Shown here: one piece after another, positions 39,409 to 50,280 of the stretch | Numbering within the stretch: position 1 is the stretch's first letter | How the letters are laid out: each line of letters begins with the position of its first letter | Assembly (NCBI GenBank): GCA_934394855.1 | Contig: CAKRRH010000009.1 | Location: 1-60,898, forward strand | Length of the DNA stretch: 60,898 nucleotides | Reading direction: 5' to 3' | Source of the DNA: an uncultured Eubacteriales bacterium | Lineage (GTDB): Bacteria > Bacillota > Clostridia > Oscillospirales > Acutalibacteraceae | Made by a program: the position numbers and the translations under genes | Notes under the pieces: generated by a model | Told to the model about the DNA's origin: nothing | The model's database searches: none | Seen by the model: only the letters and a program-made list of their open reading frames with translations

Positions 39409-42150
39409 ATGAGTCTGAGAGATCTTTTGGTTGGCAATTACAGCAAACGCCAGCTTAAAAAAATCGAGCCGATCAAAAACCGAGTTTTGGCGCTTGAAGA
39501 CAAATATAAAAAATATACCGACGAACAGCTTAGAGAATGCACAAAAAGCTTTAAGGACAAGGTTCAGACAGGCACAACGCTTGACGAGATTTTGCCGGAC
39601 GCATTTGCGGTTTGCCGAGAGGCTGCCGACCGTGTGCTCGGAATGCGCCCCTATCCGGTTCAGGTAATCGGCGGAATCGTTTTGCATCAGGGCAGAATTG
39701 CCGAGATGAAAACAGGCGAGGGTAAAACCTTGGTTGCAACAATGCCGGCATACCTTAACGCGCTCAGCGGCAAGGGCGTTCACATTGTAACCGTAAACGA
39801 CTACCTTGCAAAGCGTGACTCGGAATGGATGGGTAAATTATATCGCTTTTTGGGACTATCCGTCGGACTGATCGTTCATGATTTGACATCGGAACAGCGC
39901 AAAGAGGCATATAACGCGGACATTACATATTGCACAAACAACGAGCTTGGCTTTGACTATCTTCGTGATAACATGGTCACCTATAAAGAGGACAAGTCTC
40001 AGCGCGGCCACAGCTTTGCAATCGTTGACGAGGTTGACTCGATTTTGATTGATGAAGCAAGAACACCGCTCATCATTTCGGGTCAAGGCGAAAAATCGAC
40101 CGAGCTTTACACAAGAGCCGACAAATTTGCCCGTTCTCTTCGCTGCGTCAAGGTTCGCCAAACCGACGCAAAGGTTGACAACGACGAGGAATATTCAAAC
40201 GGCGACTACATCGTAGACGAAAAGGCGAAAACCGCAACCTTGACCGCAAGCGGTATCTCAAAAGCCGAGCAATATTTCGGAATTGAAAATTTGAGCGATT
40301 CCGAAAACCTCACGATCGCACATCACATCAACCAGGCAATCAAGGCTCACGGCATTATGCAGCGTGACATCGACTATGTTGTTAAAGACGGCGAAGTTAT
40401 CATTGTTGACGAATATACGGGTCGACTGATGTTCGGCCGCCGCTATAATGAAGGACTTCATCAGGCAATCGAGGCAAAAGAGGGCGTTAAAATCGCAAAT
40501 GAATCAAAGACACTTGCGACGATCACCTTCCAAAACTTCTTCCGTCTCTATGATAAGCTTTCGGGTATGACCGGTACGGCAATGACCGAATCACAGGAAT
40601 TCGGCGAGATTTATCATCTTGACGTTGTAGAGATTCCGACAAACAAGCCGCTTGCAAGAATCGATATGCCCGATGTTGTTTACAAAACAGAAAAGGCGAA
40701 GTTTAATGCGGTAATCGACAACATAATCGAATGCCACGAAAAAGGTCAGCCGGTGCTTGTCGGCACAATTTCGATTGAAAAGTCGGAATTGCTTTCAAAA
40801 ATGCTGAAGGCTAAAAAAATACAGCATAATGTGCTTAATGCAAAGAACCACGAGCGGGAGGCGGAGATCATTGCCCAGGCGGGCAAATTCGGCTCGGTAA
40901 CGATCGCCACCAACATGGCAGGCCGTGGTACGGATATTATTCTCGGCGGCAATGCCGAATATATGGCGAAAGCCGAGATGAGAAAGCGTGATTTTTCGGA
41001 CGAGCTGATTGCCGAGGCAACAGGCTTTGCCGAAACAGACAGCGAAGACATTCTCAATGCAAGAAATGTTTTCAAAGAGCTTGAGAGCAAATATAAACAA
41101 GAGCTTGCACCCGAAACCGAAAAGGTTTTGCAGGCCGGCGGATTGTTCATCATCGGCACAGAGCGTCATGAATCACGACGCATTGACAACCAGCTCCGCG
41201 GTCGTGCAGGCCGTCAGGGCGATGTCGGCGCAAGTAAATTCTATGTATCGCTCGAAGACGATTTGATGAGATTGTTCGGCGGTGAGCGAATTTACAACAT
41301 GATGGATTCGCTCAATGTTGACGACGACACACCGCTTGAGATGAAAATGCTTTCGAAATCGATCGAGGGCGCTCAGCAGAAGATTGAGCTTCGCAACTTT
41401 ACTCAGCGTAAAAATGTCCTTGAATATGACGATGTAATGAATGTTCAGCGTACGATCATCTATAACGAGCGCAACAAGGTGCTTGACGGCGACGATCTCC
41501 ATGATACTATTATCAAGATGATGAACGAATGCATTTCGGCAACCGTTTCACAATATCTCACAGGTGAGAGTGCAGACGATTGGAATTTTGACGGACTCAA
41601 AGCAAACCTTTCAACATGGCTGCCGTGTGACGATATAATCGACGAACAGCAAAAGGATTTGAATGCGGTCACGGTTGAAAGCGTAACGGACGCTGTTAAT
41701 GACTTTGCAATGAAGAAATATGAAGCCAAGGAAGAAGAATACGGCAGCGAGCTCATGCGTGAAATCGAGCGTGTAATTTTGCTTCGTTCGGTTGACACTC
41801 ACTGGATGGATCACATTGACGCAATGGATGAACTGCGAAACGGAATCAGACTTCGTGCATACGGTCAGCATGATCCGGTTGTAGCATATCGCAACGAAGG
41901 CTATGATATGTTCACCGCAATGAACGAATCGATTCGTGAAGAAACCACAAAGCGCTTGCTTAATGTTCAGGTAAGACGAGATGAGGATGTTAAGCGTGAA
42001 AAGGTTGCAAAAGTTACCTCGGAATCGGGCGCAGATGACGGTTCGCTGAAAAAACAGCCTGTCAAGGTTGCCAAAAAACCGGGTCGAAATGATCCGTGTC
42101 CGTGCGGCAGCGGCAAAAAATATAAAAAATGCTGCGGCAGAGACGAATAA
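39409..42150 (+). CDS. secA: Preprotein translocase subunit SecA
   Basis: [19 protein letters not shown]-terminus, DEAD motor, C-terminal zinc finger [14 protein letters not shown]. Start ATG 39409, 10 nt after AAAGGG. Confidence 0.95.
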   Translation: MSLRDLLVGNYSKRQLKKIEPIKNRVLALEDKYKKYTDEQLRECTKSFKDKVQTGTTLDEILPDAFAVCREAADRVLGMRPYPVQVIGGIVLHQGRIAEMKTGEGKTLVATMPAYLNALSGKGVHIVTVNDYLAKRDSEWMGKLYRFLGLSVGLIVHDLTSEQRKEAYNADITYCTNNELGFDYLRDNMVTYKEDKSQRGHSFAIVDEVDSILIDEARTPLIISGQGEKSTELYTRADKFARSLRCVKVRQTDAKVDNDEEYSNGDYIVDEKAKTATLTASGISKAEQYFGIENLSDSENLTIAHHINQAIKAHGIMQRDIDYVVKDGEVIIVDEYTGRLMFGRRYNEGLHQAIEAKEGVKIANESKTLATITFQNFFRLYDKLSGMTGTAMTESQEFGEIYHLDVVEIPTNKPLARIDMPDVVYKTEKAKFNAVIDNIIECHEKGQPVLVGTISIEKSELLSKMLKAKKIQHNVLNAKNHEREAEIIAQAGKFGSVTIATNMAGRGTDIILGGNAEYMAKAEMRKRDFSDELIAEATGFAETDSEDILNARNVFKELESKYKQELAPETEKVLQAGGLFIIGTERHESRRIDNQLRGRAGRQGDVGASKFYVSLEDDLMRLFGGERIYNMMDSLNVDDDTPLEMKMLSKSIEGAQQKIELRNFTQRKNVLEYDDVMNVQRTIIYNERNKVLDGDDLHDTIIKMMNECISATVSQYLTGESADDWNFDGLKANLSTWLPCDDIIDEQQKDLNAVTVESVTDAVNDFAMKKYEAKEEEYGSELMREIERVILLRSVDTHWMDHIDAMDELRNGIRLRAYGQHDPVVAYRNEGYDMFTAMNESIREETTKRLLNVQVRRDEDVKREKVAKVTSESGADDGSLKKQPVKVAKKPGRNDPCPCGSGKKYKKCCGRDE

Positions 42151-42164
42151 CATATTTGCAGAAC

Positions 42165-42201
42165 AAAAGAGAAGTACATTTTAAAATGTACTTCTCTTTT
42201 T
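42165..42201. terminator. secA terminator
   Basis: aaaagagaagtacattttaaaatgtacttctcttttt. Confidence 0.8.
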
Positions 42202-42294
42202 ATATTGCATATTATCCCACTTTTTTGCCGTGAAGAACAGCCGTGGAAAACAGAAGATGATCTGTCCGTTTTCTCTTGTCGGATATAATTCCGC

Positions 42295-42468
42295 TCAAAT
42301 CAGCCGCATTTTAAGCCGATCGGCAATAATCCTGCTGCTGTTTCCGGGACCGCAGCCCAAATCGAATATGGTTTTCGGCTCGATGTCAATTCGGGCAAAA
42401 AGAACCTTTGCCGGCTGCGAACGCTGATCGATGAATTTTTATTGTAAATTTGCGCTCCGATCTGCCAT
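42295..42468 (-). pseudogene. Decayed 5' fragment of a class-I SAM-dependent methyltransferase (trans-aconitate methyltransferase/Tam-like)
   Basis: Minus-strand translation MADRSANLQ*KFIDQRSQPAKVLFARIDIEPKTIFDLGCGPGNSSRIIADRLKMRLI*: in-frame stop after 9 codons and truncation about 55 codons in. DLGCGPGNS is the canonical motif I. Confidence 0.6.
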
Positions 42469-42502
42469 TTTTAATGCTTCCTTTTAAATTACACCGAATA
42501 AT

Positions 42503-44821
42503 TTAATCCCAGGGTGCTACTTTCCATCCTGCAATGTGCTTTCTTAAAATAAGCACATCTTTCATGTTGATAGCCTCATCCATATTAAGATCGCAATTTG
42601 TCTTGTTTATCTCAATGTTATAGCCTGCGATGTACTTTCTCAAGAAAAGGACATCTTTCATGTTGATGCTGTCATCACCGTTTGCATCGCCGTAAACTGC
42701 GTCGGGATTATCACTGGATTTACCCGGAACATATATTGCCGAATAGCGAACATTAATGTCGGTCACGCCGCAAGCGACGCCATTTTCACCGGCATTTGCA
42801 TAGTTCATTACGGCAAGCTTGATGAGTTGAATGTTATCGGGGTCATAAGCAACGCCGTTTTTGTCTTTTGTCGGAATCGTAAGAATTCCCGACTGTCCGA
42901 CATTAAGCCATTTCTCCGCCGTTACATTTTGAGATTCATCTTTCATTATAAATGAAACTTCGCAAAGCACTGCGCAATCTTTATTGGTTTCGGGATGTTT
43001 AGCGCTGTTTACTTTAACATCAACAGCCAATACACCCAGACCGTTCGGGTCGTTTGCATATGCGTAGCCCTGTTTGATAGAATTGATTAGCTGCTTTGAA
43101 AGAGCCTCGGATACAACGGTTGTGTTGCCAGTAGCCTCGTCTTTTCGGCTCCTTAGCAGCCAAGCCGCCTGATATTGCTTATTATTTTTGCCCTTGCTGA
43201 TCATTGTAACATCGCCGTTATTGCCAAACGATTTTGTTTCAGCCGAGCTTGATGAAGAATTGCCCCAATATTTATCCATTGCCCCTTCTTTGAAGTCATA
43301 TGCATGATAGCCTGCGCCGGGGTTATAGTCAGGTGTTGTTACATCATCTGTAGGTTTTGTCGGTGTAGTCGGATTGTTGTCGACTATCGTGATCGGTGAG
43401 AAATAAACAACAGGGCAGATTGAAATTGCCGTTACACCCGTGCCATAGTTGATTTCTGTTCCGTCAGCATTTGTAACAGGGTCGTTCTCGCCCTTTTTCT
43501 TATATTGAACCATGTTGCCGTCTTCGTCATAATACCAATAGTTCTGGACTGTAAGACGAACACCTGCAAAGTCGTTTTGCTTATAATTTGACAGGTCAAA
43601 TGTATAGGTTTTTGTTGTTCCGGGCTGCTGCCAAGCCTCAATTATCTGTTCATATCCCCTTGAGAATGTAACAAGCATAATACTGAGCTGAGCCGCAACC
43701 GGCTTGTTATCTCTGTCCACACATGACTCAAGATATACTGTTATCTGAGCTTTGTGTGAGCCGCCCTCTTGATTTGCAACCGCAAGACCGTAATTTGCTG
43801 TGTCATGGTTTAATTTATGATATGTCTGAATCTGCTGACCGCAGTTTCCCAAACGGTTCTCATATTTAATCCAGCCGGGTCCGCCGTTTTTCTTGAACTT
43901 CTCTGTTCCGCCGAATGTTTCACCACCGTCTTTTGAATAGAGAATACTATCCGGCGCTCCGCCGTAATCCTGTCTGTAATTTAAGTCCCAATTTACAAGT
44001 GTTGCCGTTGTGTCAAGTTTGCCGTCGCCGTCTGAATCTTTGACCTGAACATCCGGAACTTTCGGCAAAGTCGGATCGCCCTCTACAACAAATGCAGAAA
44101 CAACCGCGCCCTTCTTTGACAAATTCCAATGATATACATCAATCTCAAGCGATTTAACATCGTCAACGCTGTCCATGATTGCGGTGACATATTCGTCATT
44201 GTTGTCTTTATACCTATATTTGAACGGAATTGTAACTTCTTTTGTGCAGGTCATGTCAAGATATGATGTATGAATCGCGCGAACGGTATTATCATTCATG
44301 ATGAGCTTGACAACGATCTGAGTATCGATCTGAACATTCTTTTTGGTAACCGAATTCGTTACTCTGAACAGTGCCTTTGCGGACGGGGCAACCTGTTCAA
44401 CCTTTGATTGGTCAAATGCAACGCCCTTTTTCTCCGCCTCCGCTTTAGCCGCTTCAACATCAGCGGCATATTTATCCGCCGCCTGTTTTTTAGCAATCTC
44501 AAAAGCCGCCTTGAAATTGTCATCGAGCTTCCACATCGTTTTTATTCCAAAGATATAATCATTGGTTTCAACGCCGAACGAAAGATCGTCGTTATATGTC
44601 ATATCGCCGGTTACCGTCGTATCCGATGTAATGACATCGATCTCTCCCTTTTTATATGTGCCAAAGCCTGTGAATGCATCTTTTGTAAATCTCTGCATAT
44701 AAATCGGCTCGACTTTAGCGGTATCTTCTGCGGATGCAGAAACGCTTGCCGTGATTGTGACGGTTGCAACAAGCACCGTCAGAGCAAGAATAATGCTCAC
44801 GATTTTTTTAGTTACTTTCAT
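42503..44821 (-). CDS. Large secreted protein, paralog B (772 aa): same module as paralog A, C-terminal type-I dockerin
   Basis: Signal peptide [31 protein letters not shown]. About 85% identity to paralog A over first ~470 aa. C-terminal duplicated dockerin segments DANGDDSINMKDVLFLRKYIAG and DLNMDEAINMKDVLILRKHIAG. Confidence 0.85.
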   Translation of the reverse strand: MKVTKKIVSIILALTVLVATVTITASVSASAEDTAKVEPIYMQRFTKDAFTGFGTYKKGEIDVITSDTTVTGDMTYNDDLSFGVETNDYIFGIKTMWKLDDNFKAAFEIAKKQAADKYAADVEAAKAEAEKKGVAFDQSKVEQVAPSAKALFRVTNSVTKKNVQIDTQIVVKLIMNDNTVRAIHTSYLDMTCTKEVTIPFKYRYKDNNDEYVTAIMDSVDDVKSLEIDVYHWNLSKKGAVVSAFVVEGDPTLPKVPDVQVKDSDGDGKLDTTATLVNWDLNYRQDYGGAPDSILYSKDGGETFGGTEKFKKNGGPGWIKYENRLGNCGQQIQTYHKLNHDTANYGLAVANQEGGSHKAQITVYLESCVDRDNKPVAAQLSIMLVTFSRGYEQIIEAWQQPGTTKTYTFDLSNYKQNDFAGVRLTVQNYWYYDEDGNMVQYKKKGENDPVTNADGTEINYGTGVTAISICPVVYFSPITIVDNNPTTPTKPTDDVTTPDYNPGAGYHAYDFKEGAMDKYWGNSSSSSAETKSFGNNGDVTMISKGKNNKQYQAAWLLRSRKDEATGNTTVVSEALSKQLINSIKQGYAYANDPNGLGVLAVDVKVNSAKHPETNKDCAVLCEVSFIMKDESQNVTAEKWLNVGQSGILTIPTKDKNGVAYDPDNIQLIKLAVMNYANAGENGVACGVTDINVRYSAIYVPGKSSDNPDAVYGDANGDDSINMKDVLFLRKYIAGYNIEINKTNCDLNMDEAINMKDVLILRKHIAGWKVAPWD

Positions 44822-45117
44822 AGTTATACCCCCAATGTTGTTGGATAGTGAAATATATTGACTTAATATACTTCTTAGGCTAATTATATCTTAATAATTG
44901 TATTTCGTCAATATAGCAATATAGTAAAATAAATACAATGCTTTATGTTGTATTTTACCAAAGAAATAGCTTGAATACATACAAAATCAACTATAATTTT
45001 AATCAAATGTTATATATGTATCGGTCGATATAATATACATCACGGCGATTGGGGGAGCAAAAAGACCGCGGCTTATAAATGTGAATACACTTAAAACCGC
45101 AGTCGATTTAATGCTGA

Positions 45118-46266
45118 TTATTCAAACATACCTTTTATTTTCTCAAAAAAGCCTTTGCGTTTTTTATAATTTGATTCGGTGGTTGAGTTGTCAAACTGTT
45201 TAAGCAATTCCTTTTGCTCCGATGACAAATTTCTCGGAACCTCAATCACGACTTTAACATATTGATCGCCTCTGCCCGAACCGTTAAGCCGTGCAATGCC
45301 CTTTCCGCCGAGCTTAAATTCATCATTCGGCTGTGTGCCCTCATGAATCTTGAACTTAACCTTGCCGTCAAGCGTCGGAACCGAAATTTCCGCACCCAAA
45401 GCCGCTTGTGCATATGTTATCGGGATCTCGCAATATACGTTATATCCTTCACGCTCAAAAATCGGGTGCGGTCTTACCGACACTTCGAGTCTTAAATCGC
45501 CCGTTGCGCCTCCGTTGATTCCTGCATCGCCCAGTCCTCTGACATTTAGCACCTGACCGTCGTCAATGCCTGCGGGAATGTTGATCTGCTGTGTTTTTGT
45601 AACACGGATTCGTCCCTGACCCGAACACTTCGGGCACGGATTATCGATTATTTTACCCTTGCCGCGACATCTTGTGCAAGGGCGCTGTGACTGCATTTGA
45701 CCGAATGCTGTGCGCTGAATCGAGGTTACATAGCCAGTGCCGTGACAATCGGGGCAGGTTGATGAAGATGTACCTGCCTTGGCGCCCGATCCGTGACAGT
45801 CGGGGCATGATTCATAGTGCGTGAATTTGACCGATTTCTGACAGCCCTTTGCGGCTTCCTCAAATGAAAGCATAATGTTTGCCGCAACATCCGAGCCACG
45901 CTGAGGTGCATTTGGATTGGCGCGTCTGCCGCCGCCGAAACCGCCGCCGAATATGCTCGAAAAAATGTCGCCGAGATCGCCGAAATCTCCCGAAAATCCG
46001 CCGCCGTATGGGTTGCCGCCGCCTGCTCCGAAATTTGGATCAACACCTGCATGACCGAATTGGTCATATCTCGCTTTTTTCTCGCTGTCGCTTAAAACCT
46101 CATAAGCCTCGTTGACTTCCTTGAACTTTGCTTCGGCTTCCTTATCACCCGGATTCAAATCGGGGTGATATTTTTTCGCCATCTGCCTATATGCTTTTTT
46201 TATGGTTGCTTCGTCGGCATTTTTATCAACGCCGAGCACCTCGTAATAATCTCGTTTATCTGCCAT
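45118..46266 (-). CDS. dnaJ: Chaperone DnaJ
   Basis: J domain with HPD, G/F region, four CxxCxGxG zinc repeats; start [13 protein letters not shown]. Confidence 0.95.
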   Translation of the reverse strand: MADKRDYYEVLGVDKNADEATIKKAYRQMAKKYHPDLNPGDKEAEAKFKEVNEAYEVLSDSEKKARYDQFGHAGVDPNFGAGGGNPYGGGFSGDFGDLGDIFSSIFGGGFGGGRRANPNAPQRGSDVAANIMLSFEEAAKGCQKSVKFTHYESCPDCHGSGAKAGTSSSTCPDCHGTGYVTSIQRTAFGQMQSQRPCTRCRGKGKIIDNPCPKCSGQGRIRVTKTQQINIPAGIDDGQVLNVRGLGDAGINGGATGDLRLEVSVRPHPIFEREGYNVYCEIPITYAQAALGAEISVPTLDGKVKFKIHEGTQPNDEFKLGGKGIARLNGSGRGDQYVKVVIEVPRNLSSEQKELLKQFDNSTTESNYKKRKGFFEKIKGMFE

Positions 46267-46434
46267 ATTATCTGCCCCTTCTTCAAAAGGGTTATCTCCC
46301 ATCAAAATAAATTACCGATTAAAAGTCAATATCCGCCCGAAAAAATATCTATTAACGGGCGGAGTCATGCCATTTCGGATGCGGCAACCGTTTCAGTTGC
46401 CGCACGGCGAAGTGACACGCCATTATTTTTTCAA

Positions 46435-48285
46435 TTATTTGTTTTCACCGTCATCGGGTGTATATTCGGCGTCATAGACATTGTTGCCGTCATTGTTCGG
46501 ATTGGCATTTGCCGCATTCGGATCGGCATTCGGAGCTGCCTGCTGTGTTGCTTTGTAAATCTTTTCGCTTACTGCATATACAGCTTTCTGCAATTCTTCC
46601 TGTTTAGCCTTGATGTCGGCAATGTTGTCGCCCTTGAGTGCTTCTTTGAGTGCTTCACACGGAGTTTTGATTGAGTTTTTCTCATCTTCCGAAAGCTTGT
46701 CGCCGAAATCGGTGATTGTCTTTTCTGCCTGATAAACCATCTGGTCGGCATTGTTGCGAACATCTACCGATTCCTTGCGCTTCTTATCCTCTTCGGCATA
46801 CTGCTCTGCTTCATGAACCGCACGCTCAACATCTTCTTTTGACATTGATGTGCTTGAAGTGATTGTAATATCCTGCTCTTTACCTGTTCCTTTATCTTTT
46901 GCGGATACATGAACAATGCCGTTAGCGTCAATGTCGAATGTTACTTCGATCTGCGGGATTCCGCGGGGTGCCGGAGCGATTCCGTCAAGATGGAACACGC
47001 CGAGAGTTTTGTTATCCTTTGCAAATTCACGCTCGCCCTGGAGTACATGAACCTCAACAGAGGTCTGACCGTCAGCGGCGGTTGAGAATATCTGTGATTT
47101 CTTTGTCGGGATAGTTGTGTTACGCTCGATTACCTTTGTCGAAACGCCGCCCATTGTTTCAATGCCGAGGGACAGCGGAGTAACATCAAGAAGAACCATG
47201 CCCTTAACATCGCCGCCGAGAACGCCGCCTTGAATTGCAGCGCCGACTGCAACGCATTCATCAGGGTTAATGCCCTTGAACGGCTCTTTGCCCATGAATT
47301 TCTGAATTGCTTCGTTTACTGCCGGAATACGGCTTGAACCGCCGACCATGAGCACCTTGTTGATGTCTGATGCGCTAAGACCCGAATCGGACAATGCCTG
47401 ACGAACCGGTCCCATTGTAGCGTCAACAAGATCTGCTGTGAGCTCGTTGAATTTAGCACGGGTAAGGGTTGCTTCATAATGCTTCGGACCTGTCTGGTCA
47501 GCCGAAATGAACGGCAGGTTGATGTCTGCACTTGTTACGCCCGACAAGTCGATTTTAGCTTTTTCTGCAGCCTCTTTGATTCGCTGCATTGCCATTTTGT
47601 CGTTTGAAATGTCGATTCCTGTCTGCGACTTGAAATCGTTGATGATATAGTCCATTATGCGCTTATCGAAGTCATCGCCGCCGAGACGGTTGTTACCTGC
47701 TGTTGCCAAAACCTCCTGAACGCCGTCGCCCATTTCGATGATAGATACATCAAATGTACCGCCGCCGAGGTCATAGACCATAACCTTCTGGTCAGCTTCC
47801 TTATCAACGCCATATGCAAGAGCTGCCGCTGTCGGCTCGTTGATAATACGCTTAACCTCAAGACCTGCAATCTTACCTGCGTCCTTTGTAGCCTGACGCT
47901 GTGCGTCTGTGAAATATGCCGGAACGGTGATTACCGCCTCAGTTACAGGTGCGCCGATATATGCTTCTGCGTCGCTTTTGAGCTTCTGCAAGATGATTGC
48001 CGAAATCTCCTGAGGAGTATAATTTTTGCCGTCAATCGAAACGGTGTGCGATGTGCCCATTTCACGCTTGATTGATGCGATTGTTCTGTCAGGATTTGTG
48101 ATAGCCTGGCGTTTTGCAACATAACCGACCATGCGCTCGCCGTCTTTTGAAAATGCAACAACCGACGGAGTTGTTCTTGCACCCTCTGCGTTAGCGATAA
48201 CGACCGGCTCGCCGCCTTCCATTACAGCAACGCATGAATTTGTTGTACCCAAGTCAATACCAATGATTTTTCCCATAATTGTCAA
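46435..48285 (-). CDS. dnaK: Chaperone DnaK (Hsp70)
   Basis: [22 protein letters not shown] signatures; 616 aa. Confidence 0.97.
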   Translation of the reverse strand: MTIMGKIIGIDLGTTNSCVAVMEGGEPVVIANAEGARTTPSVVAFSKDGERMVGYVAKRQAITNPDRTIASIKREMGTSHTVSIDGKNYTPQEISAIILQKLKSDAEAYIGAPVTEAVITVPAYFTDAQRQATKDAGKIAGLEVKRIINEPTAAALAYGVDKEADQKVMVYDLGGGTFDVSIIEMGDGVQEVLATAGNNRLGGDDFDKRIMDYIINDFKSQTGIDISNDKMAMQRIKEAAEKAKIDLSGVTSADINLPFISADQTGPKHYEATLTRAKFNELTADLVDATMGPVRQALSDSGLSASDINKVLMVGGSSRIPAVNEAIQKFMGKEPFKGINPDECVAVGAAIQGGVLGGDVKGMVLLDVTPLSLGIETMGGVSTKVIERNTTIPTKKSQIFSTAADGQTSVEVHVLQGEREFAKDNKTLGVFHLDGIAPAPRGIPQIEVTFDIDANGIVHVSAKDKGTGKEQDITITSSTSMSKEDVERAVHEAEQYAEEDKKRKESVDVRNNADQMVYQAEKTITDFGDKLSEDEKNSIKTPCEALKEALKGDNIADIKAKQEELQKAVYAVSEKIYKATQQAAPNADPNAANANPNNDGNNVYDAEYTPDDGENK

Positions 48286-48383
48286 CCTTTCTTAATGTTT
48301 AGGATTTATTTTCATTATATATAAATTGTAATCGGTCAAACTAAAATTTAATTAAACACCGGTTGCAATTTGTAAGCCGATTA

Positions 48384-48965
48384 TCAGTCGCAGTTTGCGA
48401 CCTTGACCATTGCGTGTCTAAGCACCGTATCGCCGATTTTGTAGCCCGGCTGCAAAACCTGAACGACAATGTTTTCGCCGACCGTGTCATCATCCACACG
48501 CATTACCGCCTGATGATAATTTACATCGAACGGCTCGTTTTCGGGATTGATTTCTTCAAGACCGAGCTTTTTGAGTGCGTCAAGCAATCCCTTAACGGTC
48601 ATTGCAACACCCTTTGCATAATCAGCGGCATTTTCGTCCGCCTGCATTGCGCGGTTGATGTTATCAATGCTCGGAAGCAGCGCCTTGATTGTTTCCGATT
48701 TCACAAAGCTTGCTGTTTTTTCTCTGTTTGCGGTTTCACGCTTTTTGAAATTATCAAACTCCGCCGCTGTTCTTAAAAGCATATCCTTCGCTTCTTTAAG
48801 CTCGTTTTCAAGCTTTTCGATTTTTTCTTCGGCTTCCTTTGATTTTTTATCCTCTTTTTTGCTATGCTTGCCGCCTTTTTCCGCTTTGGTTTCTTCGACC
48901 TCGGCGTTCACAGCCTCATTTTCGATTGTTTCGTTCTGCTCTTTCTTTTCTTCAGCCAAAATCAT
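48384..48965 (-). CDS. grpE: Nucleotide exchange factor GrpE
   Basis: Coiled-coil N-terminus and GrpE C-domain; operon position. Confidence 0.9.
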   Translation of the reverse strand: MILAEEKKEQNETIENEAVNAEVEETKAEKGGKHSKKEDKKSKEAEEKIEKLENELKEAKDMLLRTAAEFDNFKKRETANREKTASFVKSETIKALLPSIDNINRAMQADENAADYAKGVAMTVKGLLDALKKLGLEEINPENEPFDVNYHQAVMRVDDDTVGENIVVQVLQPGYKIGDTVLRHAMVKVANCD

Positions 48966-48991
48966 TACCGCCTTTCAAAATTTCCTTTTGT

Positions 48992-50032
48992 CTATAAATC
49001 TCCGTCATCGGAAAATGTATTGTTAAGAAGTCTTTGCAACGAATCACGGAAATATAACATTCCGGGGATTATCCGTTCGTAATCCATTCGTTCCGGACCC
49101 AAGATTCCGATCGTACCGGAAGTTCTTCCCGGCAGGTTATAGTTTGTAATTATCATGCCCGAGCTCATCAATGCGTCCTCGCCTGTTTCATCTCCGAGCA
49201 TTACCGTTATGTTTGACTTCGGTGCTTTCAGCATTCCGAGAATTGAGGAACGGTTTTGCAAAAATGATAACAGTCTTGCTGCTTTTGCGCCCGAAAAGCT
49301 GTTGTTTATCAGCAAATTTGACTCGCCCTTGAGCTTCAACTCCGACTCAACCGCCGAAATGACCGCGTCGACTACCGCCGTGACGATCGGAGCCAATAAA
49401 AGCATATCCGCGCCGAGCTTGCAAATCACATCTTGCGATGTTGCCGCCGAAATGTCGTCAAGATTCTTGCCGACCATTGTCGAGTCGATTGCGTTTTGCG
49501 CATTTTCAAGCTGTGACGGTGAAACATTCATGTCGCACCTTGCAACACGGTTTTTTATGATCCCGTTTGATGTTACGATTACGGTCATAACCGTTCGCTT
49601 TCCGATTAAAATCAGCTGAACGCTTCTGAGCGTCGCCGTTCTCTCACCCGGCGTTGTCACCATTGCCGCACACCCCGTCAGCGCCGCCAATGATTCGCAC
49701 GCTTCTTCAAGCACGCTCTCCGTTGAACCGTAAAGCGGCTGCAGCAATCGGTCAATATTGTTTTTCTGATCGGCACTCAATGAATTTTCCTGCATGAGCT
49801 CTTCGACATAAAACCTATATCCCATTGCTGTCGGGACTCTGCCGGCAGATGTATGAGGCTGAGTCAGAAAACCCATCTCGCACAAATCCGACAAAACCGA
49901 TCTGATCGTTGCACTCGACACTTTGATCGGCATTACCTCACAAAGCATCTTTGAGCCGACCGGCTCGCCTGTCATAATATATGTCCTGACGGTAGCCGAT
50001 AATATTTGTTTTTGTCTTTCGGTTAATTCCAT
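48992..50032 (-). CDS. hrcA: Heat-inducible transcription repressor HrcA
   Basis: MELTERQKQILSATVRTYIMTGEPVGSK winged-helix N-terminus; track ORF 5'-extended. Confidence 0.9.
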   Translation of the reverse strand: MELTERQKQILSATVRTYIMTGEPVGSKMLCEVMPIKVSSATIRSVLSDLCEMGFLTQPHTSAGRVPTAMGYRFYVEELMQENSLSADQKNNIDRLLQPLYGSTESVLEEACESLAALTGCAAMVTTPGERTATLRSVQLILIGKRTVMTVIVTSNGIIKNRVARCDMNVSPSQLENAQNAIDSTMVGKNLDDISAATSQDVICKLGADMLLLAPIVTAVVDAVISAVESELKLKGESNLLINNSFSGAKAARLLSFLQNRSSILGMLKAPKSNITVMLGDETGEDALMSSGMIITNYNLPGRTSGTIGILGPERMDYERIIPGMLYFRDSLQRLLNNTFSDDGDL

Positions 50033-50085
50033 TCTATATTCACCGGCTCCCTTCTGCCTTAATAAACAAGCGTTAATTTTGATTG

Positions 50086-50112
50086 TTAGCACTCATCATC
50101 ATCGAGTGCTAA
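50086..50112. promoter_or_regulatory. CIRCE operator (HrcA binding site)
   Basis: TTAGCACTCatcatcatcGAGTGCTAA exact match to consensus TTAGCACTC-N9-GAGTGCTAA. Confidence 0.92.
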
Positions 50113-50126
50113 TTTTCAACATCTTT

Positions 50127-50155
50127 AATTTACCACTTGTCAGCCCTGTTGTCAA
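50127..50155 (-). promoter_or_regulatory. Candidate sigma-A promoter of hrcA-grpE-dnaK-dnaJ operon
   Basis: Minus strand TTGACA-17 nt-TAAATT immediately upstream of CIRCE. Confidence 0.5.
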
Positions 50156-50280
50156 TAGCAAAATTGTAAATATTTTATGAAAATTAGACTTTCCCTGACC
50201 TTTAGTGATATAAACGCTTATTAACACTATGTTTTTCTAAATTTACGCCTAAATACATTTTTAATGAATAACCCTTTGAA

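Noticed and set aside
42230-42427. 65-aa plus-strand ORF between secA and paralog B
   Set aside because: No RBS and an implausible sequence. The opposite strand gives a much better explanation: a methyltransferase pseudogene with the DLGCGPGNS motif.
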